From positions 72,230,001 to 72,294,000 of the forward strand of contig NC_043008.1 of the NCBI RefSeq assembly GCF_006345805.1: 64,000 nucleotides of DNA. The letters are read 5' to 3'. This DNA is from Octopus sinensis. Taxonomy: Eukaryota. The notes under the pieces were generated by a model. The model made no database searches. It was not told the origin of the DNA and was given only the letters and a program-made list of their open reading frames with translations. This document shows, one piece after another, positions 1-14,305 of the stretch. Position numbers and translations under genes: made by a program. Each line of letters starts with the position of its first letter. The stretch's first letter is position 1.

Positions 1-229
1 TTTCCATTTTCCGTCGTTGTTACCGTGTTAGCTGTATCATAAGCATTTCTATTACAATTTGGCCATAATTGGTGGGTTTTTTTCGTTCAACATCTACTTT
101 GTTGGTATTTAGATGCGTATGTTCGCTAGATCCAGAAGATGGGTTATTGAACATTTGTCGTATTTTACTATTGTTTATGCAGTGCATCAGCTGCTCTGAG
201 TTAGAGTATTTGTGTGTTCGTGTATGTGT

Positions 230-428
230 GTCAGCTCATTTATGTATGTTTGTGTGTGCATGTATATGTATATACATATATTTCAACGAATATATGTCTT
301 CGTACATATTTGTGTATAGATAAATACATATGTATGCGTACATGTCGTATATAGTATCGGTCTGTATGTGTGTATGTATATATATGTATGTATGTGTATA
401 CATATATATGTATGTATGTATATATATA

Positions 429-459
<31 letters not shown>

Positions 460-530
460 CAACATATATATATATATATACACAAATATGTTTGTGCGTG
501 TGTTTGTGTGTGTATGTATGTATATAAGTA
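230..530. repeat. Compound (TA)n/(TATG)n/(TG)n microsatellite field
   Basis: Alternating purine-pyrimidine repeats read directly; they produce the spurious Y/I/C/V/M/H/T ORFs. Confidence 0.95.
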
Positions 531-1394
531 TGCATATGGAAGTAGGAGAAATAGTTGGGTACTTGTGTTCATAGAAATTTTCCTTTAGTTTATAAACAAA
601 AGAAAAACGTATTCATTGTATTTTTTCGAAGCTGACGTTATTCGCCATTGTAAAGGTGAATTTCTTGTTCAGACACTCGGAAAAATAAAGTAACATAGCA
701 ACTAAGGGAACATTATTATTTGAATAAATGCACACAACCACACATACACACACTTGCGCGCTCTTGTGATACAAATGTATATAAATATTCATGTATGTAT
801 GCATATTCACACAGCCACTCATACACATATATTTGTGTATATGTATACATTCATGCATACACATTTCATCTGTATATAACCATTTAGGTATTATATTTAA
901 TGTAATTGCATAACAATATTCAAATTGACTACGGACCTGAGATAATAATTTTATGACAGTCCTATGTATAAATACATTAAATATAAAAGTTTGTTGATGA
1001 AAATTGTCCAAATTACCACCGGTAAGGAGGGTAGATGCATTTCTGCACCGTTGGGCGTTTGCAGTAGCGTATACTGAAAGCCAGTATGGCTGAACTTCAT
1101 TTGTCGCCAGTGATATATAGGTAAATAGTGAATAATCAAATATTCGTGTAGTGAATAGCCACCCAGCTGAAAAAAGGGTCTGTTATATACACAACAAAAA
1201 CAGCTTTAGATTAAAAATAGCCGTCTGTGTATTATGCTTTATATAAATACATTGTGATAGGCACATTTTCTACGGTATTTGACCGGAGAAAATGTCTCAT
1301 ATTGATGTGGTTGTTTTAAAAACCACACATTATATCGGAGGTTTCTGTAAATATCCCCAATAGCGACCATATATGCACGTGTTTGAGTGTGTTT

Positions 1395-1397
<3 letters not shown>

Positions 1398-1450
<53 letters not shown>
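1398..1450. repeat. (TG)n microsatellite
   Basis: Uninterrupted TG run of about 26 units. Confidence 0.97.
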
Positions 1451-1456
<6 letters not shown>

Positions 1457-1937
1457 CTGAATGTGTATATATATATATATACATATATATAATATATATA
1501 GATATAAATATGTGTATGTGTGTGTGTGTGCGTATATATATATATATCAATATATCATAATTATATGCAACGAAGCTCTCATCTTGGAACCCCCAAAGCA
1601 ATTGTTATCTCACCAAATTTTGAATCCCTGTGAAGGACAATAACGGAATATAAATGAATGGAATAATATATGCAAGAAAACTTATCATAAAGCAACAAGC
1701 CAAGAATTCCAAACGGATTTAACCGTTCGAGAGATAGAATTTCAATAAAGGACAACTTTCAACCACGGCAACAAAAGTTACTAAATGTTCACTGTCCACA
1801 CGCACATCAAAGGTATGCGTCAATCATCAGCTGCCTTATGGATGCCATGATCTCGATATCTCACTAGTACACTACACTCTGATATCTATATACATACATA
1901 CATATATATATATATGCATGTATGAATATATATATAT

Positions 1938-2056
1938 ATACATATATGAGAGGGAATCCACTAAAAGTGAACTCCCTTACGCTAGCCACTAAAAGTTGTT
2001 CTCAGTGGCTAGCGTAAGGGAGTTCACTTTTAGTGGATTCCCTCTCATATATGTAT
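1938..2056. repeat. Perfect fold-back: 53-bp inverted arms with a 13-nt loop, possibly a mini-MITE
   Basis: 1938-1990 is the exact reverse complement of 2004-2056; loop is aaaagttgttctc. Confidence 0.92.
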
Positions 2057-2149
2057 TAATAATATTTACTGAACCTCAGTTTTTTATGCGCGAAACCATT
2101 GGTGTTAAACTGATATTATTAAATTAATATACAGTTTTCACCCTCATTT

Positions 2150-2185
<36 letters not shown>

Positions 2186-2328
2186 AGAGAGAAAGAGAGA
2201 GTGAGAGAAAAAGGTTATGAGAGATAATTGTGTCATTGAGACCCAAATGTGTCGGGTAATGATGAGTAAGTGCTGTAGATAGTCCATAGTTAAGTTCCAG
2301 GTTTGGTGATTATGCGATAATCATTTTT

Positions 2329-2541
2329 ATGAGATAAAAAACAACCAAGGCTGTGTTGATTTTAGAACATTTATAGATAGGTCTTACAGCTGTTTTTAGG
2401 ATATTTATTATATCCCTTCATCGGAGACGGTGTGAGAGCACACCGTCTCCGATGAAGGGATATAATAAATATCCTAGAAACACCTGTAAGACCTATCTAT
2501 AAATGTTCTAAAATCTACACAGCCTAGGTTTTTTATCTCAT
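2329..2541. mobile_element. Fold-back of a Penelope-terminus-like module; each arm carries a degenerate type I hammerhead motif
   Basis: Arms of about 105 bp (4 mismatches and one 3-bp indel) around a 4-nt loop agag. The right arm reads GTCT-CCGATGA-AGGGATAT aataa ATATCCT-A-GAAAC-ACCT-GTA-AGAC. A related copy lies at 58449-58496. Confidence 0.65.
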
Positions 2542-2574
2542 TATATCTTAATATATATATATATATATACATGT

Positions 2575-3021
2575 ATAAGCAGTTTGTACTGAAAGTCACT
2601 GATGGGTTTCAATTTTTAATAACATCCTTAACTTATGAATATATGAAAGTTTGACACAATATGAAGGACATAATGCAAATTAATATGCATATGACAAATT
2701 TTGAACAATCGCTATAAAATTTATGAAAATGACATCGCTTACATTACAGTCATTTTCGGCTTCGCACGCGCGTGCTCTTTCCAAAACCGGTACCTAAACA
2801 CCCTGAAGAGTTTCAGACCCCACTTCTCTGATTACTTTATTGATGTTCTCATTCAGTTGACGAAGGGTCTTCGGTTTGTTGACGTTAAACACTCTCTTTC
2901 AGCTATCTCTAGAAGAAAAAAATCCGGGCTAGTCAAATTTGGGGAACGTGAAGGCCAGTTGACATTGAGATTATTCTCTCTCCAAAGCACTGCAATAGCA
3001 ATTGCTTTGTTTCCTCCGTGA
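2575..3021 (-). mobile_element. 3' part of a DD41D/rosa(Visitor)-like Tc1-mariner transposase remnant
   Basis: Minus strand encodes LLLQCFGERIIS, NVNWPSRSPNLTSPDFFL, NKPKTLRQLNENI and VLERARACEAEN, matching the WPxRSxDLTPxDFFLWG-type C-terminus. Frameshifts and a stop are present. Left boundary is approximate. Confidence 0.7.
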
Positions 3022-3649
3022 AAATAACATTCTTCCACTGCTCTAGTGTCCATTTCTGTAGCTTTTTACTCCACTCTAAATGTTTTGCATCGTTTATTTT
3101 GAAAGTAGTGGTTTTCTGATTACAGCCCTCCCGTGAAATCTGGTCTATGCAGCTCCCGCCGAGCAGTTTTTGTGGAAACTGGGTTCTCGAGGTGGTCATT
3201 AAGCTCTGCAGTAATTTGGGGAGCTGTACTTCTGTGATCCTTTCTAACAATTCGGGTAAGATTCCGACGGTCCTTAGTTGAAATTTTGGTTTTCTTCCGG
3301 AGTTTCATTTCGACGAGGAGGTTTCTCCCTCTTTCTCAAAGACTGTCATTACTTTCGAGACAGTACTTCTTGATACACCAAACATTTCACCTGTTTTCCT
3401 TACGCTAGCGCCTGCTATACGAGCCCACCAATTTGACCACTTGGAAAGTCCGAAAGATCTGTCATTTTAATGAATTTTAATTACCTTTTGCTGGTGATAT
3501 CTCAAAAGAAACAGCAATTTTAGCAAAACATATTATGCAACACTTATAATAAAAAGAAAACATAAAAATAAACAAGCTGTTGATGGTTTTATAGATATTT
3601 CAAAATTAAGATGCTATGATGGCCGGTGTTTCCTTTATTTTGTCCAACC

Positions 3650-3653
<4 letters not shown>
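3022..3653 (-). mobile_element. 5' part of a Tc1 (DD34E) element: TIR plus N-terminal transposase pseudogene
   Basis: TIR-like CAGTGGTTGGACAAAATAAAGGAAACACC at 3653-3625. ATG at 3465 begins MTDLSDF; then DRRNLTRIVRKDHRSTAPQITAELNDHLENPVSTKTARRELH and WTLEQWKNVIF, typical of the Tc1 HTH and the start of the catalytic domain. Confidence 0.9.
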
Positions 3654-3690
<37 letters not shown>

Positions 3691-3877
3691 TGTGTGTGTG
3701 TGTTTCTATATATATATATATATATATATATATGAAGTAAAGACTTAAAGAGTCAAAAGGAGGATTAAGTACGGTTAGGCAGCTTTTTAATGATCGCTAC
3801 AACTGTTTCCATACATACATATATACATACATACATGCAGACATACATACATATATACATACACATACACACACATG

Positions 3878-3922
<45 letters not shown>

Positions 3923-5489
3923 AGAGGGACGGGAAAAAGGGGAAGATAAAAAGCAAGGTATTTGGTATCACTCAGGAACAACATTTAATTTAGATAGGGA
4001 ACATAAAAGATATCCCTGTTTATATTCTCCATCTAAATTTAATGTTTCTATTTATATATTTATTTTTGTGAGTGATGCCAAATAATTTGCGTTTTGATGT
4101 TTTATTCTATCCTCTTTAAACCAGCTGAATGAGGAAGCACTGTTAGCCGCTTCTGATAGTCAGTCTTAGCACCATATCTTTGCTTTCAGTTCAAGCTTGA
4201 ATTTAGTAATATATCAATCTGAGTACCCATAATACATCCATAGCATATTTCCTTACGTTAGTCGACGAAAACGTCTTATGTATATATATATATATATATT
4301 ATATATATATATATATATACATATATATACTTGTGTGTGTGTGTGTATAAAGCAACGAACACTTACTATCTTCAAGTATCTCTAGGTTTATTAAAAACGA
4401 ATTGCGTTAAATTAGACCATAATGTTAATCAAACAGATTTTCATATTTAGTGACATAAGTAAAATAGTATCTAAATGATGACTCCTGATCAAAAGGCCTG
4501 ATGAGATAAAGACTGATAATTTAATTAATTAAAATAGCAACAGTGTCGAAAGCATGTTGTATGGTGAACACATGAAGCATTCTTTGGGTGGGGGGATTCT
4601 ATTTTTGTAAATTTGTACGTGTTTTTTCTATTGTATTATTGTAAATTTCTGTGTATTATTATGCAATTGATATTTCGTATATTCGCTTATATTTCCATAA
4701 TTTGGTATGCCTTTTTCTTTGACTGTATTTTGTATCGTTCTATATATGTAGTGTATCTGTTATTTTCAATATTTTTATTCAAATGTTTATGTTTCCGTAT
4801 TCGTGTGTTGCATGTGGTCGAAGTGTGGTCAAAATATTTCTATGAAATTTAATATTTGTATTTTATTTTTGTATGTATCTTTGCATGATGTATTGTCGTT
4901 TATTAGGTGCCAATTCTGTTTTGTTTGATCTTCTGTAAAAAACACATTTTATTATTATTATGCCAACATTCATTCTTTCAACCAACACTAGAATAAGATG
5001 TAAATTAATCTAATCAATTTTCGTGAATTATTTTAGGACAAAGAACTGTTTTATGTTTTCAACCGTAGCAATGTAAAAACTACAGGTTTACATTGTTTAT
5101 AGGTGTTTTTTAGCCAGGACATCCAATTACAGTTTCCTTTACTTCTGGTTTCCTTTTCAACATTACTCTTTATAACTGATATTATTTATAACAGTGTACT
5201 TATGTTAATTCTGTTATATTTCACATTTTCTCCAATTTTTTCGCACCAAGCTGTCAATCTCCTTTCTTGAATTCTTAATCACAGTGCAATTATTTTATTG
5301 CTTATGTTTTTTTTAAATGCTTATTGCTATAAACAAAATACAAACCAATCCTAATTCACAGTTGCCTGAAGAACGGAAGCGTGAAACATAGAACTGAAAT
5401 TTTTGTAGTCTCAGGTGTAAAAGGAAAGAAATTATAAATTTTAATTCTATTGAATAAATTCTTTTACATCATAACTACACAAAGTGAAC

Positions 5490-8680
<3,191 letters not shown>

Positions 8681-9699
8681 TATGACGAAGTCAATCAATA
8701 AATCGATCTTCCATATAATCAGACCCAAGACAGTTGATTTGTATACAACAAACACATTATGTTGTGTTAGTTGTGCAGAGGTAAACTTGTAAAAATATTG
8801 TGTCAGAGATTCTTCGTTCCATTTCCACTTTAGCGACACCATTATATCTTTGTGGAAGTTCAATTATGTAAATATACTGACTGTATTGCGCCATCTACCT
8901 GAACAATTTGTTACTTGTTGCATCTTATTTTAATAGCTATTGGCTGTTTTAAATTTATTTGGTTTTATATTTTATTGTTAACATTTATTTACTTTTGTCT
9001 ACCTTCTTTATCGTTAATTTGTATTTTGCCCTGTCCCTCGTCTACTTTCCGTCCTTTGTCTGTTTTATTTTTAAGTTTCCAGTTTTCCGGTGCTTTTTGT
9101 TCCTACTATTGTATATTATTTCCTTATATCTGTTACATATGCTTATATAAGGACTGTATACACTTTAGAGGGAAAGAGAAATAGTTATTATCCTGAAGCG
9201 CAAACTAAATGCTACAAGCAATACCCTCAAACTATTGGACTGGAAAACCTTTTGGATAGGAAAAGTCGGCGGCTCCACGTAGGAAATCAACTGCCATGTC
9301 TCTTGAAAATTTAATTCTTACGGCATTAACAACATGCATGTAGAACGGTTTACATATTTGTAAGAGATGTGGGTTCGCGTATCAAGGACAGCCTTCGATC
9401 ATTTCTATCCAAAAGGTTTTTACATCCCCATACTGACATACTATTATTTATAACTTTGTGTATGTGATTCTAGATATTACAAAAGAGAATCTTTTTACGT
9501 TCTCTGGAAAGTATATAAAATTCGTAAGATGTCAACAACATATAATTTGCATTGGCAAGAAGATATTTTCTAAAATGCATAGAGAATTTTAATGAATGTA
9601 CTTTGGATCAAAGATAGAACGCTTGCCATGTCTACTGGCAATTTTTACAAGCTATGTTTTCTGATTGTTATTTTTCCTAGGTATCTGCTGCCTCCATTG

Positions 9700-11300
9700 T
9701 TATAGCATTTTGTATTATTTCTCACTTTTTTGCATCTCACCCATATGATGGAATTTAGACAACAAGTCACCACCTTTGATCTCAGCCAACCGAGAACTTT
9801 CGAATAATCTTCGTTGCATGTATTCTATGTACTTCTGCAAGCCAATCATTTTTGTCCACACCTCGAACCTCTTCCCATTATTCTTAATACTCCAATGACA
9901 ATTGGTACAACTTCACTTTTTCTACAACTCCACAATCTGTTTAGCTCTCTCCTCAGCTCCGATTATGTTGATTTCTTTTTCTTTTATTCTTGTATGAAAC
10001 GGACAGGCCACATCAATTATGTAGCTTGTACTTTCCCTCTTCTCGAACACCAAAATATCTGGTCTGCAATGCTCTAGAACATGATCAGTTTGGATTGGAA
10101 ATTTCCTAAGTATCTTATTTTATCATTCTCCCTCACTATTTTAGCTGCATGTTCATACCCCTTGTATCCTGATGGAAATCCAAACTTCTTACACATTTCC
10201 CAGTGGATGATCTTAGCAAACTTCTCATGTCTCCAAGATTTGTACATTCTGTGCAAGTTTAGAATATTCGTTTACTATGTAGGTTACTGCTTATTCTACG
10301 TCGAGCAACCTGCACAATTGTGATACGATCACTCCTGCCCTATATTTTGCACTATTTGTTCAGAGGGCTTATCCCCGTGAACTACCATAATTAATCATTT
10401 TGCTCTATTTCAAACAAATCCAAGGGGCTTCGCTTCTTTCTGCTTCATTATTCTTAATAAACTGAGTCTCCAAATGTTTTTCCACACAACTATGCTTTCT
10501 CTTTTTAAGTACTCTATCACATGTTTGTCCTCCTCGAACGTTTGAATTGCTTACAACTGTTAGCAGTTCCTTAGTGTTTTTGCTGTCAAAGAGACTGAGA
10601 CCTTTCACTTTCATGTTCACCTCGACAATGATCAGTTTTCTTTCTTTGATTTTGCTTCATGTACTGCCGGTCCACATTTTCTTTTTATGCAAAGCCTTGT
10701 ACATTGTCATTTTTTTCCGAGATTTTTTATCAATATCTTAATATCTTACAGTTCCTCTTTGTCCTAATTCTCAGCACCTGCCAAGACCTTACAATTGATA
10801 CATTCAAATTAATTGCCTTTACAATGTTTCCAAAATTTAACAAAGATATCAGTATCAAATTGATCTTTCTGAAGTATTCCTTTGAAACGGTTTCCACCAT
10901 TTCTCTCTTTTTGATGCTATTTGATTCCAAAATTCCCGAAGTACTTATATCCTTCACATATTTCTAGTATTTCATTACCTGATTATTTGGTAATTTTAGT
11001 TCTTGATTCTGGTTTACCAAATTCCTTGATACCAAATTTTCTGCAAATGTCAATTATTGAAATGTTTTACTGTGCTCACCAGCGCGCCAAAATGATCCAC
11101 TATTTTACCATAAAGCATTAAATCGTTCATACATATTAGGTGGGTAACCACTCCTGCCTCATTTCCCAAATCATATCCTGCTTTAATATCACCCAAAACC
11201 ATCAACGAGTAAATAATTTGTTTATTTCTTCTAGCCTTTCGAACAGGTAAACATTCCTCTTTCATATCCAGAACAAACTGAAAATTCAAATTTCAGAACA
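9700..11300 (-). mobile_element. Degenerate R4/Dong-like RLE non-LTR retrotransposon fragment (RT end to RLE and 3' UTR)
   Basis: Minus frames give KAGYDLGNEAGVVTHLICMNDLMLYGK (RT motif region), RHEKFAKIIHWEMCKKFG (RHD motif) and a VVPIVIG-type C-terminus. Many stops. Confidence 0.8.
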
Positions 11301-11572
11301 CTTTCCAGAACTGGAAACAATTTTAGAAGATAAGCAACTAAAATATTTACAAATTGTCCAGCTACTAAAACTCTAAAGCACGGCAGCACTTTATTTAATA
11401 TTGTAAAAGATCAACAGTGTATATTTTTTTCTATCGGTAATTGAAACAACAAAATAAATCAGTTATACCCTAAATCAGCCCTTCCTCTTATTAATGATAG
11501 CAGTAGTAACTCGTACTGCTCTAGTAATATATTTTGACATTTGCTTTGTTGGTTCCCTGCCAAGATTTATCA

Positions 11573-11599
11573 TCGTCGTCGTCGTCGTCGTCGTCGTCG

Positions 11600-11653
<54 letters not shown>

Positions 11654-11688
11654 GCATCATCATCATCATTCTCATTATTATAATTATA

Positions 11689-11784
<96 letters not shown>
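11573..11784. repeat. Compound (GTC)n-(ATC)n-(ATT)n microsatellite; the (ATT)n part is the tail/target of the adjacent LINE
   Basis: Direct reading. Confidence 0.95.
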
Positions 11785-11785
<1 letters not shown>

Positions 11786-13430
11786 GTTTGACTTTAGCTT
11801 TATATTTTTTATACCACCCAAAGACCTCAAAAGACAACAAGCTAGAAGTTCAAGTTGGTGTTATGCCTAGGGTTCCATATATTTGGTTTTGCAAAAAATA
11901 TTGTTCTAGAGAATATCTAAGAAAACAAAGAAAATTATGTTTGTTTTAAAATTTCTGATTACATACACAGTATTTTACGTAGGATGTAGGCAGTTCCCAT
12001 GGGCACTATTTTTTTAATTTTTGCCACTTTTGTATTTCCTGGTGTCCGAGCTAAGTAGCAATCAGCCCCTTTTGCTATCATTCCTAGGGCACCAATGACG
12101 ACAAGTATTGTTTTAGATTTGAGGTTCCACATTTTACCAACTTCTATTTCAAGATACTTGATCAGTTTTTGGTAGGTCTTGATAGATAAATATATATTAC
12201 AGTTCTATATTTAAGAGATGAGGAATTATGTACATTATTTACATTATTTACATTTGGCGGATGTTTTTCCTCATCTTGTATATCAGCCGAAACGTTGTGT
12301 TAACAACAAACAAGTTGAGGACAAATATCTGTCAAATGTAAATAATGTAAATAATATGGATACATTTATTTCGATTGGGGCAGTCATATCGATGAGGAGG
12401 CATGCTTTTTGTCTAAAGTCCTTCTAAATAATGTCAGGCCTATTTGCATTTATGTTTCTGTCAGTTTAAACGGTGAAGTTCCAGAGGAGTGAGGTGTGGT
12501 CATTTTCAAGTACTGGAGGTCGTTTGTGTTCCCACCAGTTTTTATCATGTGGTGGGTCCAAGTCTTTCAAAATTACTCAGTGAATATACTGTGTCTATTG
12601 AGATACTCTGTAGGCACAAGAAGACTGCACATATAGATATGATCAATGGTTTCATTTTGTTGTTTACATACATGACAAGTTGGACTACTGCCGTTCTTTA
12701 ACATTTTGTCCTGGTAGCTCCTTGTAGGTAGGCATTGATCTTGGGCTGCTATGATAAACGCTGAATTTAAGCTAGAAGACACTAACCATTGATGGGTAAG
12801 GGCTTTGTCAACATTGGCATTATTAGATCTCTGGGTATTTTCCATTAAAAGGTTTTTCATGCCTTATGTCAGTAAGAATAACTGAGCCAGTAGTTTTAGC
12901 ACGGGTTTTCATACGCTTAATTTTTTTCTATGCGTGTATCGTGTGCGTCTAATTCTGGAATCTGATCTATTTGGAATTCACTTAGATATCTCTTTTCCTT
13001 TTTTTATTACAGAGGGTGATGTTTTCTTGTTTTCGTGCTTCAAGACAAGTTTTAGTATTCAGTCGTCAGAGTGTTTTCAGGCAAGTGGTCAGGCCAAATG
13101 TGGAAATCTTCATTGTTAATTCCAGAAGTAAAAATTCGCGGCCACCCACTTTTCTTGGCAGGTAAATGTCGTTCTATATCTGCCTTAAGGTGGTGAATTC
13201 TATGCATTGTCAATCATTTTCATATTTTTCTGTCAAGATTACATATTTCAGGTATTTGTAGCTCTACACTGGTTCTGATACCTTTAAGAAATTCTGTTGG
13301 TCAAGATTAACATGTTTTTATCATTTTTCCTCCGATAAAGGTCGCTTTTGCACCTTTTGCATCCTGCTGTCATCAATAGACTGTTTATCAATTGCTAGTG
13401 TCATCACAGAACTGTTTAATAATTACTAAC
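11785..13430 (-). mobile_element. 5'-truncated R4/Dong-like LINE, same subfamily as 50048-50785
   Basis: FIIAAQDQCLPTRSY, the CCHC knuckle CHVCKQQNETIDH, and an RLE C-terminus (reverse complement of IVVIGALGMIAKGADC). The 3' UTR matches 50050-50220. Microsatellites lie at both ends. Confidence 0.9.
12189..12358. mobile_element. Penelope-terminus-like module with inverted partial copies, inserted into the LINE
   Basis: Absent from the sister copy at about 50460, where the flanks are contiguous. Arm 12232-12278 is inverted relative to 12311-12358. The spacer contains cagccGAAACGTTGTGTT, shared with 31125-31170 and 35535-35580. Confidence 0.7.
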
Positions 13431-13435
13431 AAGTT

Positions 13436-13438
13436 ATC

Positions 13439-13494
<56 letters not shown>

Positions 13495-13558
13495 TATCAT
13501 CACCATCATCATCATCATAACCATCATCATCACCACTATTATTATTATTATTATTATG

Positions 13559-13645
<87 letters not shown>
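13436..13645. repeat. Compound (ATC)n-(ATT)n-(AGT)n microsatellite
   Basis: Direct reading. Confidence 0.95.
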
Positions 13646-13646
<1 letters not shown>

Positions 13647-13855
13647 AGGCGGCAGCTTGCAGAATCGTTAGCACTACGGGTAAAATGCTTAGCGGCATTT
13701 CGTCCGTCTTCACTTTCTGAGTTCAAATTCCGCCGAAGTCCACTTTGCCTTTTATCATTTCGGGGTCGATAAATTAAGCACCAGTGAAACGCTGGGGTCA
13801 ATGTAATCAACTACTCCCCTCCCCACAAACGCTAAGCCTTCTGTAGAAAGGGTTA
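13646..13855 (+). mobile_element. tRNA-derived SINE (octopus-type), copy 1 of a head-to-tail trio
   Basis: A-box-like GCAGAATCGTTAG and B-box GAGTTCAAATTCC; body ttcggggtcgataaa..accagt..ggggtcaatgtaatc recurs more than 10 times in the window. Confidence 0.9.
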
Positions 13856-13875
13856 TCATTTTTTTTATCATAATG

Positions 13876-14065
13876 AAGGTGGTTAGGTAGCGGAATTGTT
13901 AGCACATCAGAAAAAATGATTTCGTCTGTCTTTATGCACTGACGTCATATTCTGCCGAGGTTCATTTTACCTTTTATCTTTTCGGGGTCGATAAAATAAG
14001 TACCAGATAAGCACGATTTCCGTCTTTCACGAATATGTTAGCCTTGCACCAAAATTTGAAACCAA
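13876..14065 (+). mobile_element. tRNA-derived SINE, copy 2 of trio
   Basis: Same head and body motifs, more diverged. Confidence 0.85.
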
Positions 14066-14075
14066 TATTCTTACT

Positions 14076-14305
14076 ATAATTAAGACGTGGTGCTAGCAGT
14101 ATAGATTGCACGTCCGACAAAATGCTTGACGGTATTTCTTGTAGATATACACGTTCTGAGTACGATACCCGCTGAGGTCAATTTTGACGTTCATCCTTTT
14201 GAGGTCGATAAAATAAAGTGCTAATCATGTACGGAGTTCGAAATAATCGACTAACCAGCTCCCGCTAAACATGTTGGTACTGTGCCGAAATTTGAAACGA
14301 TCTGT
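14076..14305 (+). mobile_element. tRNA-derived SINE, copy 3 of trio
   Basis: Same motifs (gaggtcgataaaataaag; gttcgaaataatcgact; tgtgccgaaatttgaaac). Confidence 0.8.

Noticed and set aside
860-1140. Minus-strand peptides with faint resemblance to PLC C2 (HTGFQYTLLQTPNG) or PTP (QFEYCY) motifs
   Set aside because: Resemblance is limited to a few residues, splice signals are weak, and all frames are open over the short stretch.
11475-11949. ORFs with poly-I/M/H/Y/R tracts (likewise 13388-13810, 24704-25000, 25599-25982, 42947-43195, 48186-48428 and 49861-50226)
   Set aside because: Trinucleotide microsatellite translations.
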